24,000 nt of DNA. It comes from an uncultured Methanosarcinales archaeon (lineage in GTDB: Archaea > Nanobdellota > Nanobdellia > Woesearchaeales > ARS49). Location of the stretch: the NCBI GenBank assembly GCA_964353335.1, contig CAYGVI010000003.1, positions 205,694 to 229,693 on the forward strand, given 5' to 3'. This document shows, piece by piece, positions 8,525-14,447 of the stretch. Each line of letters starts with the position of its first letter. Position 1 is the first letter of the stretch. A program made the position numbers and the translations under genes. Under the pieces are notes generated by a model. The model saw only the letters and a list, made by a program, of their open reading frames with translations, was not told where the DNA came from and searched no databases.

Positions 8525-8901
8525 AAAAAACCGAGCAGGACTTGCTTTTCGTGGAACTTAAGGAGCCTTCTGCTACTCGCCGCGACGTTCTTATGTCCAC
8601 AAAGGATGTTCTTGACATCCTGAAGCGGTATGAAGAATACAGGGCTGTGTCTGCAGAGAAAATGAGAGTCCTTGGGGAGCTTAAGCAGGTTGTTGACACG
8701 CTCCAGTCCCTTAACAGGAGGATTAGGAACAAGATGCCAAAGACGCCTGCTGCACAATCTCAAATTTACGAAATAGAGCGGGAAAAAGAGGAAAAATTCA
8801 TCACGGGCTCGCGGCCGTTACTGGCGCGGCCCAAATCAAAATTAGACATTCTCCAGGAAGAACTCGAGAAGATAGAGAGCAGATTAGGGGCTTTGGAGTA
8901 A
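8521..8901 (+). CDS. Coiled-coil protein (third of three), distantly similar to the previous two
   Basis: An ATGA overlap joins it to the upstream gene. LFVELKE...VLGELKQ...LEKIESRLGAL echoes the same motif order with a longer first helix. Confidence 0.55.
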   Translation: MKKTEQDLLFVELKEPSATRRDVLMSTKDVLDILKRYEEYRAVSAEKMRVLGELKQVVDTLQSLNRRIRNKMPKTPAAQSQIYEIEREKEEKFITGSRPLLARPKSKLDILQEELEKIESRLGALE

Positions 8902-8905
8902 AGAT

Positions 8906-8912
8906 TTTTAAA
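8906..8912 (+). promoter_or_regulatory. TATA-like box for tRNA-Leu
   Basis: ttttaaa ends 27 nt upstream of tRNA position 1. Confidence 0.45.
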
Positions 8913-8938
8913 GGGAGTCAAGGTCTATTTCTTTATAC

Positions 8939-9068
8939 GCGCCGGTGCCGGAGTGGCCAAACGGGACAGCCTCAAGCAGCGGTCAGCGGAGCTGACAAGC
9001 TCTCTTCGCTGATGCTCGAGAGAGCTGTTGGCTTAGTGCCTACGCAGGTTCAAATCCTGTCCGGCGCA
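8939..9068 (+). tRNA. tRNA-Leu(CAA) with a 46-nt intron at the canonical 37/38 position (about 8977-9022)
   Basis: Hand-folded. Acceptor GCGCCGG/CCGGCGC with discriminator A. Class II D arm (CCG GAGTGGCCAAA CGG). Anticodon stem ACAGC/GCTGT with loop CT-CAA-G|intron|A. Long variable arm TGGCTTAGTGCCTAC. T arm GCAGG TTCAAAT CCTGT. Confidence 0.85.
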
Positions 9069-9090
9069 TCGAACGCAGTGAGGTGAGACG

Positions 9091-9133
9091 GACAGGTCCG
9101 CTGACCGCAGTCAGCCGCTACCTGTCCGGCGCA
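9091..9133 (+). repeat. Hairpin whose 3' arm is a 13-nt duplicate of the tRNA-Leu 3' end, followed by a T-tract
   Basis: cctgtccggcgca occurs at 9056-9068 and again at 9121-9133. The hairpin has outer arms CGGACAGGT/ACCTGTCCG and inner arms GCTGAC-CGCA-GTCAGC, then tttt at 9134-9137. Confidence 0.7.
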
Positions 9134-9247
9134 TTTTCACCCTTAAAATGCCTTTCGTTCTCACGAGTCCCAACCAAACGTTTTTATAGTCGGCAAGTCC
9201 ATAGCAGTCCCAGTCCCTGCTTGGGAATACATTGGGAATGACACAAA

Positions 9248-10591
9248 ATGAGCGTTGAAATCTTTGCAGTCGGCGGTTATGGAGAGGTTGGCAGGAATAT
9301 GACTGCTGTAAAAGTTGATGACCAGGTCGTAATCTTTGACATGGGGCTCCACATGCCCAATTACATCAAGCTCACAGAGGAGGAAATGGGCGAAATAGTG
9401 AGGATTAATGAGGGAACCCTCAAGAAAGCTGACGCAGTGCCTCAGGACAGCGCAATAAAGGACTGGCGCTCCCAGGTTGTCGCTATTGTGCTTTCACACG
9501 CCCACCTTGACCATATCGGCGCTGTGCCTTATCTTGCCTCAAAATACAATGCTCCGATAATCTGCACTCCTTTTACAGCAGAAGTGCTCAAATCCATGTG
9601 CAAGGACGAGAACATCCGCATGTCCAACAAGATTGTCCAGCTTTACCCTAATCAGCGTATGACAATTGCAGACGGGCTTATCCTCGAGTTCTGCGCAATC
9701 ACCCACTCAACACCGCAGGCAGTTATTGCATTGCTTCACACCAAATATGGCGGGATTATGTACGGCAATGACTACAAGCTTGACGACCATCCTGGAATAG
9801 GAAAAAAGCCGAATTATGAGCATTTCACAAATATGGGCGACAAAGGCGCAATACTCGCGCTTATCCAGGACTGCCTTTATGCACGGGAGCCGAGAAAGAC
9901 TCCGTCAGAAGCTATTGCCCGCGACATGCTTGACGATGTCCTGCTTGGAATCAAGAGCAAGGGAAAAGCAGTGATTGTGACAACATTCGCAAGCCACATT
10001 GCGCGGTTAAAGTGCATAGCTGATTTTGGAAAGAAAATGGGCAGAAAAGTTGTCTTTATGGGCCGCTCAATCGCAAAATACAGCTGGGCTGCTGACGCTG
10101 CAGGAATCACCCAGCTCAAGAAAGATGCGGAAATACTGAAGTACAGGCGCCAGCTCGAGCAAAAGCTGAAGGAAGTGCAGGCAAAAGGAAGGGACAAATA
10201 TCTTTTGGTGATGTCTGGGCACCAGGGAGAGCCCAAGTCAGCACTCTCAAGAATCATCCGCGGCGAGCTGCATTTCAAGTTTGAGCCAGGCGACCACGTG
10301 ATTTTCTCGTGCTCAGTAATCCCTGCTGAAATCAACATCAAAAACAGGGCTGAAATGGACGAGCGGCTGAAGCAGTTGGGCGTCAGGCTTTTCACAAACA
10401 TCCACGCCTCAGGCCACTCAAGCAGGGAGGATTTGAGGGAATTCATAATGATGACAAAGCCAAAGCACATCATCCCGACCCACGGCGAGCCAAAGAAAAT
10501 GGACTCATTCATATCGCTGGCAAAGGAAATAGGCTACGCTAACAAGAATATCCACGCATTGGTCACAGGCCAAAAAGTAAAAATTGTCTAA
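9248..10591 (+). CDS. rnj: Archaeal RNase J (beta-CASP metallo-beta-lactamase ribonuclease)
   Basis: 447 aa. The N-terminus EIFAVGGYGEVGRNMT is typical of archaeal RNase J. It also has the HxHxDH motif (SHAHLDH) and the beta-CASP C-terminal motifs (HASGHSSRED, IPTHGE). Confidence 0.9.
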   Translation: MSVEIFAVGGYGEVGRNMTAVKVDDQVVIFDMGLHMPNYIKLTEEEMGEIVRINEGTLKKADAVPQDSAIKDWRSQVVAIVLSHAHLDHIGAVPYLASKYNAPIICTPFTAEVLKSMCKDENIRMSNKIVQLYPNQRMTIADGLILEFCAITHSTPQAVIALLHTKYGGIMYGNDYKLDDHPGIGKKPNYEHFTNMGDKGAILALIQDCLYAREPRKTPSEAIARDMLDDVLLGIKSKGKAVIVTTFASHIARLKCIADFGKKMGRKVVFMGRSIAKYSWAADAAGITQLKKDAEILKYRRQLEQKLKEVQAKGRDKYLLVMSGHQGEPKSALSRIIRGELHFKFEPGDHVIFSCSVIPAEINIKNRAEMDERLKQLGVRLFTNIHASGHSSREDLREFIMMTKPKHIIPTHGEPKKMDSFISLAKEIGYANKNIHALVTGQKVKIV

Positions 10592-10594
10592 AAA

Positions 10595-10635
10595 CGCCAG
10601 GCATAAGAAATTAATAAAAAATGTTATGTCTGGCG
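10595..10635. repeat. Long hairpin 1 (12-bp stem with one G-T pair, 17-nt A-rich loop)
   Basis: CGCCAGGCATAA (10595-10606) pairs with TTATGTCTGGCG (10624-10635). Confidence 0.6.
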
Positions 10636-10636
10636 G

Positions 10637-10682
10637 TTATGGCAAACGAACAATCGACAATAAAACGCGTCGTTTGCCATAA
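10637..10682. repeat. Long hairpin 2 (perfect 13-bp stem, 20-nt loop)
   Basis: TTATGGCAAACGA (10637-10649) pairs with TCGTTTGCCATAA (10670-10682). Confidence 0.65.
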
Positions 10683-10692
10683 AATAACAAAA

Positions 10693-10700
10693 TTTATATA
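10693..10700 (+). promoter_or_regulatory. TATA box for the PCNA gene
   Basis: tttatata lies 38 nt upstream of the ATG. A purine-rich SD-like run (gggggag, 10725-10731) follows, so this gene appears to have a leader. Confidence 0.55.
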
Positions 10701-10737
10701 GGTTTAACCATTCCAGAGGAGTTAAGGGGGAGAGCAA

Positions 10738-11484
10738 ATGAAACTTGTTTTGGCAGATCCAACATATCTTAAAGACAGCATAGCGGTAATTTCTGACCTT
10801 GTCAACGAAGCGCGCTTTAAAATCTCAAAAGACGGCGTTGAAATGATAGCGATGGACCCTGCGAACGTCGCAATGGTCGTCTACAAGCTCCTTTCAAGCG
10901 CATTCACTGAGTTTGACGTTCCAAAGGAGACAGACCTCGCAATCAACCTGGCAAACCTGAAGCAGGTATTGAGAAGGGTAAAGGCAAATGACATCCTTAC
11001 CCTGATGGTTACCGACGAAAACAAGCTGCAGGTAACTCTGAAGGGCAGCACCACTAGGACTTTCTCGCTGCCAATAATTGACATTGAGGAAAAGGAGCAA
11101 AGGGTCCCGAATTTGACTTTTCCTGTCAATATTACCACTGCCTCTTCTGTGCTTAATGATGCGATTGAGGATGCTGACATTGTCGCTGAGTCAGTCACTT
11201 TCTCAGCAGAGCCTGATAAGTTTTCTGTCTCTGCAGAAGGCGACTTGAGCAAGGCGCACATTGAAATCGGCCACGGCACTGACACAAAGGTCACGACAGA
11301 AAGCCCTGCCAAGGTCAAGGCAAAGTACTCGATTGAATACCTCAAGAAGATGATTCAGGCAGGCAAACTGGCAGACACAGTGAGCATAGGCTTCAACCAG
11401 GACTATCCATTGAAGCTTGAGTACAAGGTTGTTGACAGGCTCCTGCTCAGCTTTATTCTCGCGCCAAGGGTAGAAAACGACTGA
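10738..11484 (+). CDS. pcn: DNA polymerase sliding clamp (PCNA)
   Basis: 248 aa. The typical archaeal PCNA N-terminus is present (..LKDSIAVISDLVNEARFKISKDGVEMIAMDPANVAMV), and length and two-domain layout fit. Confidence 0.95.
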   Translation: MKLVLADPTYLKDSIAVISDLVNEARFKISKDGVEMIAMDPANVAMVVYKLLSSAFTEFDVPKETDLAINLANLKQVLRRVKANDILTLMVTDENKLQVTLKGSTTRTFSLPIIDIEEKEQRVPNLTFPVNITTASSVLNDAIEDADIVAESVTFSAEPDKFSVSAEGDLSKAHIEIGHGTDTKVTTESPAKVKAKYSIEYLKKMIQAGKLADTVSIGFNQDYPLKLEYKVVDRLLLSFILAPRVEND

Positions 11485-11714
11485 TGAAAATCATTGCCAT
11501 AACCCAAAGCGGAAGCCAGTACGAGCTTATTCCTGACAGGACAGGTGATGCTCCAAAGGAATTCTTCGTGAAAAAAGAAGGGTCGCCGGCATCAGAGCCT
11601 GCTGTTATGATGATCAATGTTATCAAGCATATTGAAAACCTTGTCGGCCAGCAGATAGTCCTGACGAACAATGCAAGAAGTTCTAAAGTAATTCAGATAA
11701 TAATAACAGAATAA
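11484..11714 (+). CDS. Small hypothetical protein (76 aa) translationally coupled to PCNA
   Basis: A TGATG stop/start overlap joins it to PCNA. No recognisable domain. Confidence 0.45.
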   Translation: MKIIAITQSGSQYELIPDRTGDAPKEFFVKKEGSPASEPAVMMINVIKHIENLVGQQIVLTNNARSSKVIQIIITE

Positions 11715-11733
11715 AGTAAAAATTAATTTCTGC

Positions 11734-12204
11734 TTATTTCTTGTTTCCGTAGTAGAACATCTTCTGAATGTCCACATCGCCAGGCTTCCAGTCTCCCTGC
11801 CTTGGGTGCGATACCTTTACCTCAGTCTTGAGCTCAACCTGCTTTTCCTTCTGCTTCGGCGGCTGTGCTGCCTGGGCTTTTGACAGGTCTTCGCGCAATG
11901 AATTCACTTCCATTATTACCTGATTCATCGCATTGCGGATGACGTCAAGCTCCTCTGAGAACGCCTTCTGGATTTTGTCAACCTCAATCTGGAACTGCCT
12001 TGCAGCCAATGGCTCTGCAGCAGGCGCTGCCTCTATGACCACGCTTTCCTGCGGAGTTGAATTTGTCTTGGGTATGACCTGCACCATCTGCTGTGCCTGG
12101 TTGTATGCATCTGTCGAGGAGTCTGCCATGCCGTGCTTCTTGAGTTCGTGGCTGAGCATGTTGATCCTGCGTAGTTTCTCAACGTCCATTTTATCAATCC
12201 TCAC
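11734..12204 (-). CDS. Hypothetical coiled-coil protein (156 aa)
   Basis: The GTG start overlaps the upstream stop (alternative ATG at 12189). The central segment is heptad-like (FQIEVDKIQKAFSEELDVIRNAMNQVIMEVNSLREDL). Confidence 0.5.
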   Translation of the reverse strand: MRIDKMDVEKLRRINMLSHELKKHGMADSSTDAYNQAQQMVQVIPKTNSTPQESVVIEAAPAAEPLAARQFQIEVDKIQKAFSEELDVIRNAMNQVIMEVNSLREDLSKAQAAQPPKQKEKQVELKTEVKVSHPRQGDWKPGDVDIQKMFYYGNKK

Positions 12205-12464
12205 TTGAGTTCAAAGTATCCGTCTTTTCCAAGCACAAACCTGCGCTTGACTTCCGGCGTTTCCACTTCCTGCACCTGCTCAAGAGGCCTCGCTATCGGC
12301 GTTGGAGCCGGAAGCTTCTCGCGCTTGAATGGAATGAGTGCGATAGTGCAGTGCTCGCAGTAAATCTTCCTGCCTTCCTGCTTTGCTATGCATAGCTCGC
12401 AGAGTTTTTTCCCGCACCAGTTGCAGGCGCCGTCAAATTCCCTTTTGTGTGTCGTGCATCGCAT
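12201..12464 (-). CDS. B-box-like zinc-finger protein (87 aa)
   Basis: The ligand spacing is C3-x2-H6-x7-C14-x2-C17-x4-C22-x2-C25-x10-C36-x2-C39, eight ligands in a cross-brace-like arrangement. Confidence 0.55.
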   Translation of the reverse strand: MRCTTHKREFDGACNWCGKKLCELCIAKQEGRKIYCEHCTIALIPFKREKLPAPTPIARPLEQVQEVETPEVKRRFVLGKDGYFELK

Positions 12465-12470
12465 TGTATC

Positions 12471-13217
12471 TCACCCTAATTGGTGTCCGAAATTTTCCTT
12501 TATGAACTGTATCATCATTTCATTGCCCGCAAGCTTGTATGCATGCAGTGCTGCTGTGAACAGGTTCTCGCGCAGGCAGACATCGCCGAGCGCTGAGAGC
12601 TTTTCCTTGTCTCCCGCGAGCTCATACGCCTTCTGCGCGTAGCCGAGCTGGTTGTCGCTGACGCACCTGTCTCCGACGTGGACCAGCTTTGCCGGGTTCC
12701 TTATCGCCGAAAAGACCTCAATTGCGTGGTCCCACTTGCCCCTTACGAGGCATTCCTCGCCGACTTTTGCAAGCTTGTCCACATTGCTTATCGCCCTGAA
12801 CGCCTTGATTGCGTCTCCGAGCTTTCCGTCTTCCAGACACTTGTCACCAAGCCTCATGAGCTTGACATGGTTGTCTGCCAGGTTGTAGCAGTCAACTGCA
12901 TTGCTGTAAAGGGCAACTCGCTCGTAGTCTTCGCCTATCTCGGTCAGTTTTGCCTTGTTGCCCGCAAGAATGAACGCCTTAACCGCATCATTGAGCTTGC
13001 CCTTGCGCTGGTATTCATCGCCGAGCACATTCAGGACATGGCGCCTTGTGACTTCGTTGAACATGGACAGGTTGATGTTGTCCAAGCCGCGCTCAATCAG
13101 TGTCGGCAAAATTTTCCTGAAGTTGTCTGCGTTTGAGACAGTCTCTGCATGCTTCATCTCGTTGGTTTGCTCTACTAAGTTAGAAACAATTTTGCGCATC
13201 AGCAATTCTTCGCTCAT
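12471..13217 (-). CDS. Alpha-solenoid repeat protein with six tandem ~29-aa repeats (TPR/Sel1-like periodicity)
   Basis: Example repeat units are LGDKCLEDGKLGDAIKAFRAISNVDKLAK, VGEECLVRGKWDHAIEVFSAIRNPAKLVH and VGDRCVSDNQLGYAQKAYELAGDKEKLSA. The consensus is [LV]G[DE]xCLxxGxxxxAIxAFxxxxNxxKLxx. Confidence 0.6.
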   Translation of the reverse strand: MSEELLMRKIVSNLVEQTNEMKHAETVSNADNFRKILPTLIERGLDNINLSMFNEVTRRHVLNVLGDEYQRKGKLNDAVKAFILAGNKAKLTEIGEDYERVALYSNAVDCYNLADNHVKLMRLGDKCLEDGKLGDAIKAFRAISNVDKLAKVGEECLVRGKWDHAIEVFSAIRNPAKLVHVGDRCVSDNQLGYAQKAYELAGDKEKLSALGDVCLRENLFTAALHAYKLAGNEMMIQFIKENFGHQLG

Positions 13218-13327
13218 CTCTGCACCTCTCTTTCCCGCGCGTTTTAGTACTGATTTACTACTCTACGGGGTATTTCAAAGTATTATACTAATATATAAAT
13301 GTTACTATTCCGTATACTAGAAATATT

Positions 13328-13335
13328 TTTATATT
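13328..13335 (+). promoter_or_regulatory. TATA box 22 nt upstream of the ATG at 13357
   Basis: tttatatt at leaderless spacing. Confidence 0.55.
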
Positions 13336-13356
13336 TGAGCTAAAAGAGGGTATAAT

Positions 13357-13788
13357 ATGGCAGAAGTAAAAGACGTCCTGAAAGACTGGATTGTCGAGTA
13401 TGTCAAAAACAAGGACGCTATGACCAGGCAGATTACTTCAATCCAGAAAGACGCTGAAAATGTTGATGTTTTTGTTGAAGGCACGCTGAAAAGCCAGTTT
13501 ATAATAGTCCAGCCAGAGCTCAATGACCTTGGAAAGCTTGATTCTTTGAAAGACAAGCACATTGTCCTTGTCACAGCAAACACAAAAGAGAACGCTGAAT
13601 TCCTGATAAGCAACTGGCCAGAGCTCGTCAAGTATCCTCATTTATGCGTCTACTTTGTCAATCCAAACTCTTCTATGGACAAGCGCTGGGTAATCTTCCC
13701 AGCCACCCATGACAAAATAACAGAGCGCCGCTCACTGAGAAAAGGCATAGAATCATTATACGCGACAGTTGAGCCGTGGAAGGAATAA
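13357..13788 (+). CDS. Hypothetical protein (143 aa)
   Basis: A clean ORF with a TATA at -22. No recognisable domain. Confidence 0.55.
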   Translation: MAEVKDVLKDWIVEYVKNKDAMTRQITSIQKDAENVDVFVEGTLKSQFIIVQPELNDLGKLDSLKDKHIVLVTANTKENAEFLISNWPELVKYPHLCVYFVNPNSSMDKRWVIFPATHDKITERRSLRKGIESLYATVEPWKE

Positions 13789-13815
13789 TAACTATAAAAT
13801 AGCATTTCGATGGTT

Positions 13816-13822
13816 TTTTATA
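13816..13822 (+). promoter_or_regulatory. TATA box 23 nt upstream of the ATG at 13845
   Basis: ttttata at leaderless spacing. Confidence 0.5.
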
Positions 13823-13844
13823 GATTCTAATCAGCACATAAAAT

Positions 13845-14297
13845 ATGGATTTAGAAAGTTATCTTCAAGAAAAGAAAATATGGCATAAGTTCGTTGATAA
13901 ACCTGAAACCATACACACTGCGGATGCAGCTGAAAAAGCAGGAATTGAGCTTAAAAGGGTCACAAAATCTTTAGTAGTTTTAGATCAAGATAATCGACCT
14001 ATTCTGGCAATTATTCCAGGAGACTGTAAGCTGAGCTTTGAAAAAATAAGGGCGGCTGCAAATGCAAAAAAAGTAAGATTAGTCCCTTTTGCAGAAGCAG
14101 AACAATATTCAGGATATCTGCCTGGTGCAACCCCCATGGTCTACCATAAAATTGCAATGAAAGTATTCTTAGACAAAAAATTAACACAATATGAAAACAT
14201 CTATGGCGGCGGGGGAGTAAGAACAAAACTTCTTGAACTTAAAGTCAGTGATGTAATAAATTTGAATAATGCAACAGTTGCAGATATTACAGAGTAA
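13845..14297 (+). CDS. YbaK/ProX-type aminoacyl-tRNA deacylase (trans-editing domain)
   Basis: 150 aa. The pattern is VTKSLVVLDQDNRPILAIIPGDCKLSFEKI...SGYLPGATPMV...YGGGG, typical of the YbaK/EbsC family. The first 60 nt of the gene are visibly more AT-rich than flanking genes; a second sampled line inside the gene (about 42% GC) is less so. Confidence 0.75.
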   Translation: MDLESYLQEKKIWHKFVDKPETIHTADAAEKAGIELKRVTKSLVVLDQDNRPILAIIPGDCKLSFEKIRAAANAKKVRLVPFAEAEQYSGYLPGATPMVYHKIAMKVFLDKKLTQYENIYGGGGVRTKLLELKVSDVINLNNATVADITE

Positions 14298-14307
14298 TTT
14301 TCAACCT

Positions 14308-14380
14308 GATACGGCGTGCGGGCAGCGACGAACTGCGGTCCGTCTGGTCCGCACTTGTATCTGCGGATACGGCGTGCGGG
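14308..14380. repeat. Perfect 15-nt direct repeat (gatacggcgtgcggg at 14308-14322 and 14366-14380) flanking a hairpin, followed by tRNA-like fragments
   Basis: The second copy runs into gggaatcgaacc, the reverse complement of a T-loop consensus GGTTCGATTCC. This is followed by tggtctagtggtagga, which is D-arm-like on the plus strand. The hairpin TCCGCA-cttgtatc-TGCGGA lies at 14348-14367. No complete cloverleaf can be folded by hand. Confidence 0.6.
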
Positions 14381-14417
14381 AATCGAACCACAGGTCACTG
14401 GTCTAGTGGTAGGAAGG

Positions 14418-14425
14418 TTTATATA
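14418..14425 (+). promoter_or_regulatory. TATA box 23 nt upstream of the GTG at 14448
   Basis: tttatata at leaderless spacing. Confidence 0.55.
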
Positions 14426-14447
14426 AGAATGCTGTCAATAACAGATT

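Noticed and set aside
9205-9240. Short tandem motifs (cagtcc x2 and ttgggaat x2, 11 nt apart) upstream of RNase J as a regulatory site
   Set aside because: The repeats are only 6-8 nt long and could easily arise by chance. There is no supporting palindrome or known motif.
9877-10512. A 211-aa minus-strand ORF inside the RNase J gene
   Set aside because: It is antisense to a strongly supported CDS and shows no motifs. The same reasoning applies to the antisense ORFs inside gyrA (1688-2188, 2031-2444, 2955-3362 and others) and to 7645-8070 and 7901-8305.
11547-11570. A PIP-box reading of DAPKEFF in the small ORF downstream of PCNA
   Set aside because: It lacks the conserved Gln and the aliphatic residue of Qxx[LIM]xx[FY][FY]. 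Only the FF pair matches.
14381-14416. Calling a complete tRNA gene from the T-loop-like and D-arm-like sequences
   Set aside because: The T stem pairs at only 2 of 5 positions. The two arm-like pieces are on opposite strands, and no acceptor-stem partner is present. It is reported only as a fragment or anomaly.
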